This document shows positions 29,243 through 37,964 of a stretch of 64,000 bases of DNA, piece by piece (the first letter of the stretch is position 1; each line of letters opens with the position of its first letter). Location of the stretch: assembly GCA_963718895.1 (NCBI GenBank), contig CAVRAG010000008.1, forward strand, positions 448,001 through 512,000, in the 5' to 3' direction. The DNA is from an uncultured Nitrososphaerota archaeon (GTDB taxonomy: Archaea > Thermoproteota > Nitrososphaeria > Nitrososphaerales > Gagatemarchaeaceae). The notes under the pieces were generated by a model. That model ran no database searches, had not been told where the DNA came from, and saw only the letters and a program-made list of their open reading frames with translations. A program made the translations under genes and the position numbers.

Positions 29243-29788
29243 CTACTGTGTAACCGTGAACGTGGTGATCATGAACGCGTGCCCTATGCCGCAATAGTCG
29301 AGGCATCGTACCGTGTAGGTACCAGTTTGATTGAAGTTCATGATGAGCTGATTCGTATAACCGGGGAGCACCTCCACTTGGCCGATGAGCACACCCTGGG
29401 CGTTGTAGACTGCGAAGTCGTGAACCACATCTTTGGAGGTGACATTGAACTCCACCGAAGTGTTCGCAGGTACCTGCCTGGTGCTCATCGTCCAGGACCA
29501 CTGTTGCCCAATCACGTTCACAACCTGCGTGGGCGGGCCGAGGGCCTCCGCCCTTTGAGGGGGATAGGGGAGAGAGACAAGGGTGAATATGAAAACGATT
29601 GCTGTCAGCGATATCAGGACGACTAGGACGTATCGTCGGTACGAACCCACCTTCTTGTAAGTGTTGTCGAAGGAATCCGTGGGCTTCTTCGCGCTCACCG
29701 CTATCCAGATGCAGAGCCCGCTCCAGATGGCGGCCATCACGGTGAATACGAGCAAGACCTCGATTTGGGGGGTCACCACAAATGTCAC
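29243..29788 (-). CDS. CuA-containing subunit II (NorS-like)
   Basis: Two TM helices, QQWSW, DVVHDF, CLDYCGIGHAFM CuA motif. Confidence 0.88.
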   Translation of the reverse strand: MTFVVTPQIEVLLVFTVMAAIWSGLCIWIAVSAKKPTDSFDNTYKKVGSYRRYVLVVLISLTAIVFIFTLVSLPYPPQRAEALGPPTQVVNVIGQQWSWTMSTRQVPANTSVEFNVTSKDVVHDFAVYNAQGVLIGQVEVLPGYTNQLIMNFNQTGTYTVRCLDYCGIGHAFMITTFTVTQ

Positions 29789-29875
29789 TTCACTCCCTCC
29801 TGTCTTGGAACTTCAGTCGAAGACAAGTGTCGCGTCTCCGGCGCAGGCCATCAATAGCGATTTTGAGTGCTGCGC

Positions 29876-29905
29876 ATATATTGAGAACGTTTACATCTGT
29901 AATTG
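29876..29905 (-). promoter_or_regulatory. Promoter of the subunit II/I operon, with ATTAC-N4-GTAAAC box plus TATA
   Basis: Minus strand CAATTACAGATGTAAACGTTCTCAATATAT. Confidence 0.75.
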
Positions 29906-30001
29906 CGTGTTACCTGTGCAATCTCCACAATCACATTCGATGGAGTGCGGAATTGGGCATTATTCGAAAGTCCGTCCTCACGATGTGGCGGAACGGTGTA
30001 C

Positions 30002-30397
30002 TCAAGTGCCTGACGGTGAGATTCCTTTTGGTCGTCCTTTCGCCACGTCGGTCTGCTCTGCTCTTCGCACGACCACCAAGCTGATTAGTGCAGCAGTCGC
30101 GACTACCTCGCCGCCATCCACCTTTGTCCCGTAGGTCTTGAGGGAGAGGAGCGCTGGTGGATTGAGGGCCTCACCCGTCTCCAGCCTGAACTGGGAAAGG
30201 TGCGCCGGACAAACTATGGAGTCGTCCATGAGGAATCCATCCACAAGTTCGACATGCTCATGTGTGCAGATATTGGAGACAGCGTAGAACGCGGCTGTAT
30301 AGTTGACGACGAGGATGCTTTCACCCCAGATATTCACAGCGACCTTCTCGCCCGGAGACAAGTCTGAAACACTGCAGACTCTTGCTAACCTTGTCAT
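30002..30397 (-). CDS. Rieske-type [2Fe-2S] ferredoxin
   Basis: CTHE...CPAH...F.L.TG motifs; the last ~25 aa may be read-through. Confidence 0.88.
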   Translation of the reverse strand: MTRLARVCSVSDLSPGEKVAVNIWGESILVVNYTAAFYAVSNICTHEHVELVDGFLMDDSIVCPAHLSQFRLETGEALNPPALLSLKTYGTKVDGGEVVATAALISLVVVRRAEQTDVAKGRPKGISPSGT

Positions 30398-30618
30398 CGC
30401 CCATCACTCCGGGCGGTCATCCGTTGCATCTCCTCCTGTGTTGGAAGTGAGGTGACGAAGCCGTTCCGTTCGGAAGAATTCACATAGACATCTAGCGGGA
30501 AGAAGAGCCTTCCCCTCATCGACCAGTAGTGGAAGGTGCAGAATTCAAGTGGGCTCTTACGGTATTTCTCTACAGCAACGCTGAAGCCGAATTTGGAACA
30601 CTCTGAGCATGGCTTCAC
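30394..30618 (-). CDS. Small CxxC/CxxH zinc-finger-like protein
   Basis: CSEC...CTFH; sits between the hemerythrin and Rieske genes (2-nt gap, 4-nt overlap). Confidence 0.55.
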   Translation of the reverse strand: MKPCSECSKFGFSVAVEKYRKSPLEFCTFHYWSMRGRLFFPLDVYVNSSERNGFVTSLPTQEEMQRMTARSDGR

Positions 30619-30620
30619 GT

Positions 30621-31091
30621 CTACCGCGCTTTAATCCCGGTCTTGAGCTTGAGATACTTCCCGACCAGCAGAGCAGCGGGATAGAGGATCTCTTCCTCGT
30701 TCTTGGCATGAAGGGCGAGTTGCTCCGCGAAGCGAACGTATTCGGAACCGTCAGATCGCTCAGCCGCGACCTTAAGGGAATCAAGCGCTGTGATTATCTG
30801 CTTATGTTCCAGGAGCATCTGTGGAAGCTCTTTCTGGAGCCTGTCCGTCATTGAAATCACAGCCCGAATATCAGGCTCGGACTCGCCTTCCGCCAAAGCG
30901 GGCAGCAGAGCCAAGGGTGGTAAAGCGTACTCTTCCTCCTTGGCGAAGTGGGGGTGTAAGATCTTCGCCACATTCCTGGCTGCCTCCCCGACGTCGCCGG
31001 GAGCTCTTGAGGCCCTCCGAAGCTCCCGATGCAACTCTTCATGCTCCATCTCGACCGAGTCAGGTACCTTCCAAGATTTCTTGTGCGTCAT
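30621..31091 (-). CDS. Hemerythrin-like (HHE) domain protein
   Basis: EHEELH, HFAKEEE, EHKQI, HAKNEEEILYP. Confidence 0.85.
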   Translation of the reverse strand: MTHKKSWKVPDSVEMEHEELHRELRRASRAPGDVGEAARNVAKILHPHFAKEEEYALPPLALLPALAEGESEPDIRAVISMTDRLQKELPQMLLEHKQIITALDSLKVAAERSDGSEYVRFAEQLALHAKNEEEILYPAALLVGKYLKLKTGIKAR

Positions 31092-31558
31092 TCTGTCACT
31101 TTCGCTTGGGGTCCTTGTGCACTCTTCTTGTTAAGGGCATCAGCCTTCAGGGCAAGGGGGAAGGTTATCCTTTCCTCTTCGGCATGGTGCTTCCTGAGGT
31201 CGTTGACGAAGATCTGAATCTCTCTCCGGGCAACAGAATCAGGTAGGGTTGGCATGCTTGGTAGGGTGCTCTTGAAGAAACTAGCCAGCTCCCTGTGCCA
31301 ACGCATGATGCTGATGCTCGGCTGAGACTCCTCCTCTAGCTCCCACACTATTGTTCGCATCAGTCTTGCCTCTTCCTCGACTGCGTGCCGAAGCATGACC
31401 TCCCTGATGGAGCTTAGCAGGCTCTCGGCGACTTTCAGGTCGCCGTTCTTGCTCTCCTCGTAAATCTTGGCGAGTTTGGGTTCGATCTCCTTGTGTTCAT
31501 TCTCTAGCCTCTTCACTACCTTCTCGAGAGGCTCGTCGTAGTCCAGCGTGTAGCTCAT
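31088..31558 (-). CDS. Hemerythrin-like (HHE) domain protein
   Basis: ENEH, HAVEEE, RWH, HHAEEERITFP. Confidence 0.82.
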   Translation of the reverse strand: MSYTLDYDEPLEKVVKRLENEHKEIEPKLAKIYEESKNGDLKVAESLLSSIREVMLRHAVEEEARLMRTIVWELEEESQPSISIMRWHRELASFFKSTLPSMPTLPDSVARREIQIFVNDLRKHHAEEERITFPLALKADALNKKSAQGPQAKVTE

Positions 31559-31602
31559 ATCGCTCCTCGACTTTTCCCGAAGGCGTGCACATAAGATGTG
31601 TG

Positions 31603-31617
31603 ATTACAAACGTAAAC
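31603..31617. promoter_or_regulatory. ATTAC-N4-GTAAAC box upstream of the hemerythrin-Rieske operon
   Basis: ATTACAAACGTAAAC, 45 nt upstream of the ATG at 31558. Confidence 0.65.
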
Positions 31618-31859
31618 ACTCACACAGGTTCTCTTGAATTATCTGGGAGATGATCAATTCTCAAGTGTCATGTCTAACCAAATCGCCACAGCAGATGCCA
31701 ATGACCTATTCATCATGAATGATTCAAATCCGTCCAACGGAAACATACTGGTCGAAGCTCACCGGTCCCACTAAGAATCAACTTGAATATTGCTCCGTTT
31801 GTCATTTCGAGTGCTTCATAGACTAATTCTGTCAAAACTCCCCAGAACCTTCGGTGGCT

Positions 31860-32350
31860 CTACGTACACTATCTAAGTCCGGTCACACGGGCGAAAGGCG
31901 TAAGCCTATGCAGCTTGCCGGGTTTTCCACTCGAGATATGGACGGCTCTTATTTCCCTCACCGTGAGAGCATCCGCGACGAGCGAGCGGTGGCACCTGTA
32001 CGGGCTTCCCCTCTGCGCACATCATTGCCACAGCGCCATCTCTGGAGAGAGCGGATCAGCTTCTCCAATCCGGCCTTGAACTCTTCCGTCTGCAAGTAGT
32101 CTGCATAACCCCGAAAGCCCGGGTTCCTCCACCCGGTGTTCTCGGAGTCCCTCAAAGGACGTCTGAGACCTCCGAGCTCTTTCAGGTGGATGTACCTGAT
32201 TCCGGTTTCAGTGACTCTTCGAGCGCCTCAGAGTTGAACTGAGGATTGTGGCTGGAAGGGGGAATCTTCCGTATGTCAACAAGTATCGTGATTGTGCGCA
32301 AGGAGGATTCTGACGAACCTTTCGACAGATAGGGTCGAATGGCCGATTAG
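31860..32350 (-). pseudogene. Degraded DUF488 (long type) gene
   Basis: IGHST...LVDIR..P.S.HNPQFN, LGGLR, WRNPGFRGYADY across broken frames. Confidence 0.7.
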
Positions 32351-32634
32351 ACAGATGGTGACTTTGCTCAAAGTAATCAACGGTTAATCCGTACATGGCA
32401 GATATAGCACTTGAATTGAGGTCATCACTTCGTCAGGACATCCCTCGTTATGGTCAGCGCCAACCTTAACGCCGCACTTGGGACACAGTATCGTGGGGAT
32501 CAGGCACTCCTTTCCTTTTCAATCTACTTCGGAACACAGCATTCGAGGAATCTGACAGGAGATCCGGCTGCAACTCGAAAACTGTTGAGTCTTGATAAAG
32601 CAGCCCAGCAAGAGTCGAACCTTAGTGTCTTGTG

Positions 32635-33561
32635 TTACGGATGAACGTAACCTGAATCTTCGAGCTGGTTGAGACGCAGGTGGAAGTACAGCAAACCTCC
32701 GTATCCCTTCCATTCGCCAATAACCTGTTTCACTCCGTCGTAGTCTAGGTCACCCTTTAGTTTCAAGAGACGCTTTAGACCATTCCTTGCGCCAACATCG
32801 TCTCCGGGGAAGATGTTCGTCCGGCCAAGCCCTCGGAGAAGTACGTACTCGGAGGACCAACGACCTATCCCCGGAATCTCGTCAAGATATGACAGCGCTC
32901 GGTCTTCGCTCACTTGTCCGAGACCATCCAGGTCCAAGGCTCCGCTGACAACCCTCTGAGAGAGTTCAATCAGAGCGCGCGATTTTCTGGAGCTAAACCC
33001 GAGTTGTCTGAGTTCACTCTCTCGAAGGTTCGACAGGTCGCCAGGCCTCGGGAATGCATAGTGCAACGTCTCCGTCTGCTCGATTCTTCCCCCGTACCGC
33101 TGGGACAACCTGTTTAGCAGCTGCAGGCCGGCACTCATCGAGAGTTGTTGACATGCGACAGCGTTCACCAGCGCCTCAAAGACCGAAGGGAATCGCGGGG
33201 GCTTCACTCCTCTGAACCTCCTGACCAAATCCCCCAACTCACCATCTTCCTTTCTTGCGCGGTCATAGAACGCGCCCAAGTCCACTCGGGTGCCCAGCAT
33301 GCCCTCAATCACTGTTCTGACCTCAGCCGGAGACACGCGGTGGGGTGCAGTTGCGCTGACCATCAGCCGAGGCGTCTCAAACGAGCCGCGCTGGATTACC
33401 ACGACGTCCACAGGCGCGCCGTCAAGCATTAACACGCGAGCATACACGCCGTCGTCAAGTCGGTCGACGATGTTGGTTGGTCGGCGACGCAGCGCCCAAG
33501 CCGTGAGGTCCAGCCTGAAGGGTGGCAGCGGCTTCACCTGAAACGTTACTGTATCCAACAT
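32635..33561 (-). CDS. alkA: DNA-3-methyladenine glycosylase II (AlkA, HhH-GPD)
   Basis: FEAL..AV..QQLS, IPGIGRWSSEY, FPGDD. Confidence 0.88.
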   Translation of the reverse strand: MLDTVTFQVKPLPPFRLDLTAWALRRRPTNIVDRLDDGVYARVLMLDGAPVDVVVIQRGSFETPRLMVSATAPHRVSPAEVRTVIEGMLGTRVDLGAFYDRARKEDGELGDLVRRFRGVKPPRFPSVFEALVNAVACQQLSMSAGLQLLNRLSQRYGGRIEQTETLHYAFPRPGDLSNLRESELRQLGFSSRKSRALIELSQRVVSGALDLDGLGQVSEDRALSYLDEIPGIGRWSSEYVLLRGLGRTNIFPGDDVGARNGLKRLLKLKGDLDYDGVKQVIGEWKGYGGLLYFHLRLNQLEDSGYVHP

Positions 33562-33660
33562 TCGAGAGTTGCCAGGAACGAAGTCCCCCTTACATGGCTA
33601 TCGGACAGTTGATTCGTTTCAGTATCCCCAAATATGATTTGTTGAATTGAGGTACGCAAG

Positions 33661-33891
33661 ATGCCAAAGAAGTTCAAGCGCGGCGATCACGTTGAATGGA
33701 ACTCAGAAGCTGGGAGGGTTCGCGGCGTAATCATAAGGAAGATCACTTCTGATGTACGGGTCGAAGGGTATGTACATCATGCCTCCGAAGACGAACCACA
33801 GTACTTCATCAAGAGCGACACGACCGAGCACGTGGCAATTCACAAAGGCGAGACGCTAAAACTTCTAAAGGCAACGAAGAAGAATCACTGA
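33661..33891 (+). CDS. DUF2945 (Hva1 Tudor-like) protein
   Basis: FK.GDHVEWNSEAG...HASEDEPQY.IKSD.T.H.A.HK. Confidence 0.82.
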   Translation: MPKKFKRGDHVEWNSEAGRVRGVIIRKITSDVRVEGYVHHASEDEPQYFIKSDTTEHVAIHKGETLKLLKATKKNH

Positions 33892-34089
33892 CAGAGTGAA
33901 AGGGGATTACGCGAAGGGGACAAAGGTGGAAGTATGGTTGCCAAAAGCATCTTGATCGTTCGACAGGTCTACCCACCAGTTCCGCTCCTTGGACAAATTC
34001 GACCAGAGATTCTTCAGGAAAACAAATCGGATAGGACGGAACACCTGTCTTTCAAATGACCAACGCGAGATAGGCAAGCAGGACAGCGA

Positions 34090-34340
34090 GAGCATAGCGA
34101 TTGTGGATGATGAGGAGTAGCTGTGCTCGTTGTTTGCAATACTGGTTAGGAGTAGGGGATATCATTCGGAGTGTGTGCCACTGACTGGGATGAGATTGTT
34201 CAGCTTGAGCTGGAAGATACCACCCATCCGGACCTGATACTTATGGACCACCGCATGCCTACGATGAACGGCATGCAGGCAGCTGAGAGGATTCTGCGCG
34301 TCAGGCCTGAGATGAAGATAGTCATCGCCACGGGGACGGG
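34090..34340 (+). pseudogene. Response-regulator receiver domain, interrupted
   Basis: IAIVDDEE followed by an in-frame TAG, then PDLILMDHRMPTMNG. Confidence 0.7.
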
Positions 34341-34514
34341 ACGGTCAGGCCTTATTCGTGTGGCTTCCTTAGGTCTTCGACCGCCTGCATCAGTTCTTTC
34401 CGCCCATGTTCCTGGGGGTTTTCTCCCATTTACCAGCTGGCATCGGACTCAGGGGAGGCGGGCCCGACGGGAACCGCCCGGTTTACTTTCTGATCTGGAA
34501 TTGAATTGTAACTC

Positions 34515-34539
34515 TTGATGGGGCCAGTGAGCTTCGACC
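34515..34539. repeat. Degenerate tRNA-3'-end-like repeat (candidate att site), copy 2
   Basis: ttgatggggccagtgagcttcgacc, similar to 14684-14709. Confidence 0.4.
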
Positions 34540-34607
34540 AATACACCTTCGATCGATGGATTTGAGTGAACTCGGCAATCGGCATCCGAGCCTTAGAGAC
34601 CAACTAT

Positions 34608-34976
34608 TCAGGGTACGAATTCCACGCCGGGCAATTCCTTGAATGCCTCATCCCCTGTGAGGAATTTCAGACCTTCTTTCTTAGAAATGTAATACCCCAA
34701 TGCATCAGCGTAGGACAACTCAAGATTTTTCAGTTCATGTCGCAGCTTCATGGCAGCTTCAATGTCGGAAAACGAAAAGTCGATTTCGTATACCGAATAG
34801 GCTTCTACGACTTCGTGAGCCGCGCTCTCTCCATGGGTCCTCAAAATGGCGTAACATATCTCCATCAAGTTCAATCTGGTGAGGACGCCTGTGTTCTTCT
34901 CGAAGTAGCCGGCATATCCGCGTCTGTCGCTTAGATAGGCGAGTACGCTGTAGCTGTCGTAGAAGTACCTAGCCAC
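34608..34976 (-). CDS. vapC: PIN-domain VapC toxin
   Basis: YFYDSY, E, LSYADALG, LTGD..F. Confidence 0.85.
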   Translation of the reverse strand: MARYFYDSYSVLAYLSDRRGYAGYFEKNTGVLTRLNLMEICYAILRTHGESAAHEVVEAYSVYEIDFSFSDIEAAMKLRHELKNLELSYADALGYYISKKEGLKFLTGDEAFKELPGVEFVP

Positions 34977-35184
34977 GCCAACCCTTCCTCATCTCTTCCT
35001 TGGCGGCTTGAAGATTCTCGACTGGGTATTTCCCCTTGAGCTCCGTAACATCACTCAGCTTTGTAAGCCGTAACTCAACCTCCTCTCCCACGTGCAACCC
35101 GTTTTTTTCCGCAGCCTCCTTCGGGATGACTACTCCGAGCGAGTTTCCCCACTTCTTGAGCCGAGCTTTTGCCTGCACGACCAT
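34969..35184 (-). CDS. vapB: AbrB/MazE/SpoVT antitoxin (VapB)
   Basis: KKWGNSLGVVIPKE...L..GEEV; overlaps vapC; palindrome TTATACATGTATAA just upstream. Confidence 0.85.
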   Translation of the reverse strand: MVVQAKARLKKWGNSLGVVIPKEAAEKNGLHVGEEVELRLTKLSDVTELKGKYPVENLQAAKEEMRKGWRG

Positions 35185-35239
35185 AGTTATACATGTATAA
35201 TTCAACTAGTTAAGGTTTCCGATGTAAGTGCTCTTAATC

Positions 35240-35262
35240 GGTGGGGCCGGCGGGATTTGAAC
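35240..35262 (-). other. Isolated tRNA 3'-end fragment (att-like)
   Basis: Minus strand GTTCAAATCCCGCCGGCCCCACC; no tRNA 5' half found nearby. Confidence 0.6.
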
Positions 35263-35391
35263 ATTCAATCGCCCCAAGATAACTGGACTTTCGCGGATGC
35301 GCGGGTCTCAACTGCGAGGGAATCTTTCGGGATGGCTTGTCGAGCCCCGGAAGGAAAAGGGAAGGGCGAGAAGATCGCCGTGCTGGGGTGG

Positions 35392-35536
35392 CTACTTCCC
35401 CAGTATCTTGAAGAGCTTGGCGCCGCACGAGGGGCACGTCCCCTGCATGACCCTCCGGCCGTTCTTAAGCCGCACTTCCGGGGGCGAGATCATTCTCCCT
35501 CTTTGTCCTCTCCTTCGCGCAGAATGCTTCGGTCAT
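35392..35536 (-). pseudogene. DUF5679-like small Zn-ribbon protein with a +1 frameshift
   Basis: MTEAFCAKERTKRE / EVRLKNGRRVMQGTCPSCGAKLFKILGK; length 145 nt (3n+1). Confidence 0.65.
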
Positions 35537-35693
35537 GCGCCAGAGGTCTTCCATGATGAATAGACGTCAGTGGGGCGAACTGATTCCACTCATGCCTCAC
35601 CACGGATTGGCTGAGTGAGAGGAGGGGGACCAAGAGGGGGGAGTGAACGACGAACCACTCGCAACAAACGGATAAAGCGAAGCCGACAGGCGC

Positions 35694-37574
35694 ATGCGTG
35701 AGCCAATGTCAGCTACAGGTCTGTCGCCATCAGGGGCAACGATGGAGCGTGGCGATTTACTCGAGCTTGCTGCTCGCCTCGGAATCAACCTCCAGACCCT
35801 CTCCGAAGAGAAGGTCCGGGATCTGCTGGGGAGAGTCAGGGTTGCCGATATCGACGGCTTCGCCGAGATAGCTGCGACAGAGAAGAAGAAGGCGTACCTG
35901 CTCATCCGCGCTTATGCCGAAAAGGCATCGGGTGTCCAGGAGAGGAAGGCTCTCAGGACGCCGGACGCGAGAAAACTCGCCCGGGACATACTCTCGCTCT
36001 TTTCGGAGCACACCTCGTCCAAGCTTGCCAGGAACAGATTCTCACTCCGTACACCGGCCCTTGACAGGGAGACGATCCAGGGCAGGCTGAGTGCATGCCT
36101 GACGGGAATGGATATCCTGAGGGAACTGAGGCAGCGAGGAAAGCGAGATGAGCTGGGGAAGGTGCTCGCGGAGGTTTCCTTTGACGTTCCCTCTGGAAAG
36201 AAACCGTCTTCGAGGACGGAGTCTGACACCTTGGATTACTTCATGTCACGGAGGCGCATGATCAAGGCGGCTCATTCGATTCTTGCAAACTTCGATGAGG
36301 TTCGGACGCTGAGCTCGTTCTTCAAGAACACGGATAGGAAGGTTCTGGAGAACGTGATGAAGACGCTTGAGGAACGTGACAGCGAGGAGGTTCAGGATGC
36401 GGATGGAGTCCTCTCCGACGCGGAGATTCTGATCAACGAGAAGTTCCGGAAGGGAGGGGTTGACGAGGAGAGGGCGAGAAGGATAGTCGAAGAGCAGCTC
36501 GAGGAGGTAGTCAGTACGCTCAGGATGAATTCGGAGGAGGAGAACGAGGTCAGAAGGGCGGCGCTGGAGGGGCTGTCGATTCCCTTCGAGTTCGAGAGGA
36601 TCGGGAGGCGAAGGGTCATCGAGGAATGGGAGGGAAGGCAGGAGAAGGAGAGAGCAGCCAAGCTGGCCAGGACAGAGTCGCTTCTGAAGCAGCACTGGGC
36701 CGCGGTGGATGATGCTGTTGAGAGGGCAATCTCTCTAGACCAGTTGCTGGCGATAGCGTCACTGATGGAAGAGTACGGCCTCACGATCCCCACGATTGGG
36801 AGCGAGGGCATAGCCTTCGTAAACGGCCGCGGCCTCTTCCTGATGAAGGACCGGCTGGAAGGCGGAAGCGGGGCGGTCGTCCAGCCCGTCAGCTACGCGC
36901 TTGGCAGGACGAGGTCGACGAAGGTGGTGGTAGCGGCCAAGCCCAGGAACGTCGTCATGCTAACGGGAGCGAACAGCGGTGGGAAGACTACCCTTCTCAC
37001 GACCCTCGCCTCGATTCACATCCTCACGCTCCTCGGCCTGCCGGTTCCCTGCGAAAGGGCCGAGGTCGTCCCAGTTCCCATCTATCTGTTCAGGAGGAGG
37101 GTGACGCGGAAGATAGGGAGCCTCGAGCAGGCCCTGAGCTCGCTCATCCCTATCTTCGCCGACAGGCACCGAAAGCTCGTGCTCATGGACGAGTTCGAGG
37201 CCCTGACCGAGCCCGGAGCTGCCGGCAGGATCCTGGCGGGGATAATCAACGCGGTGGCGACGGGCAGCAGCCTCCTTCTTCTCGTGACGCACCTTGCCCG
37301 GGAGACTCTTCCTCATGTGAGGCTTCCCATCAGGGTCGACGGGATAGAGGCGGAGGGCCTTGACAAAGACGGAGAGCTCATCGTCGACAGGCAGCCAAAG
37401 TTCAACCACATCGGGTCGAGCACGCCGAAGCTGATCATCATGAAGCTCTCGAAGAGTGCGAAGACGGGTGACAAGGCGCTGTATGGCGATATTCTGAACT
37501 CGCTTGAGGGTGAGTCGAGCATGCCGGTGCAAACGCCGTTGAACTTGCCTTGGCTCTCCAAAGAGGACGCTTAG
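35694..37574 (+). CDS. Archaeal MutS-family ATPase (MutS2/MutS5-like; no mismatch-binding or Smr domain)
   Basis: MLTGANSGGKTTLL, LMDEFEALTEPGAA, VTHL, R.DGIEA; start may be 35742. Confidence 0.85.
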   Translation: MREPMSATGLSPSGATMERGDLLELAARLGINLQTLSEEKVRDLLGRVRVADIDGFAEIAATEKKKAYLLIRAYAEKASGVQERKALRTPDARKLARDILSLFSEHTSSKLARNRFSLRTPALDRETIQGRLSACLTGMDILRELRQRGKRDELGKVLAEVSFDVPSGKKPSSRTESDTLDYFMSRRRMIKAAHSILANFDEVRTLSSFFKNTDRKVLENVMKTLEERDSEEVQDADGVLSDAEILINEKFRKGGVDEERARRIVEEQLEEVVSTLRMNSEEENEVRRAALEGLSIPFEFERIGRRRVIEEWEGRQEKERAAKLARTESLLKQHWAAVDDAVERAISLDQLLAIASLMEEYGLTIPTIGSEGIAFVNGRGLFLMKDRLEGGSGAVVQPVSYALGRTRSTKVVVAAKPRNVVMLTGANSGGKTTLLTTLASIHILTLLGLPVPCERAEVVPVPIYLFRRRVTRKIGSLEQALSSLIPIFADRHRKLVLMDEFEALTEPGAAGRILAGIINAVATGSSLLLLVTHLARETLPHVRLPIRVDGIEAEGLDKDGELIVDRQPKFNHIGSSTPKLIIMKLSKSAKTGDKALYGDILNSLEGESSMPVQTPLNLPWLSKEDA

Positions 37575-37752
37575 AAATGGGAGTTCTGACTGCTCCAGCT
37601 TCAGGCGGCGGTAGTTCAGCAGATTGATGGCACTGGTTGACCATACGCGAATTCTCTTGCCTTCCTTACGAATTCGCCTATCTCCTTGTTCCTGCCATTC
37701 TCGTAGTCGCGCGGTCGCAACCACGACGCAGCTGTTCTAGGTCGCGCCCGCC

Positions 37753-37902
37753 TTACTTCGGATGGCCGTACTTGTGCGGGTCCTTGTCGAAGGCTGTCTT
37801 GCAGCTCGCCGAGCAGAAGTAGAAGGTCTTGCCCTCGTGCTCCGACTTCAGCTTCGTCTTCTTCTCGTCCACCGTCATTCCACACACAGGGTCTTTCATC
37901 AT
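37753..37902 (-). CDS. copT: YHS/TRASH-domain copper chaperone
   Basis: MKDPVCGM.V...YFCS..CK..F..DP.KY; divergent from the regulator. Confidence 0.85.
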   Translation of the reverse strand: MMKDPVCGMTVDEKKTKLKSEHEGKTFYFCSASCKTAFDKDPHKYGHPK

Positions 37903-37948
37903 TGTTTTCTCAACGGAGTGTAGGATTCCTTCCTTTATCAAAACTCCT

Positions 37949-37964
37949 CTTTACGAATGTCAAG
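37949..37964 (-). promoter_or_regulatory. Candidate CopR box (CTTRACRTTCGTAAAG)
   Basis: Minus strand CTTGACATTCGTAAAG; matches 38627-38642 at 14 of 16 positions. Confidence 0.65.

Noticed and set aside
29232-29501. 90-aa His/Cys-rich N-terminal extension of subunit I in the ORF track
   Set aside because: It overlaps subunit II in another frame; the real start is probably TTG at 29231.
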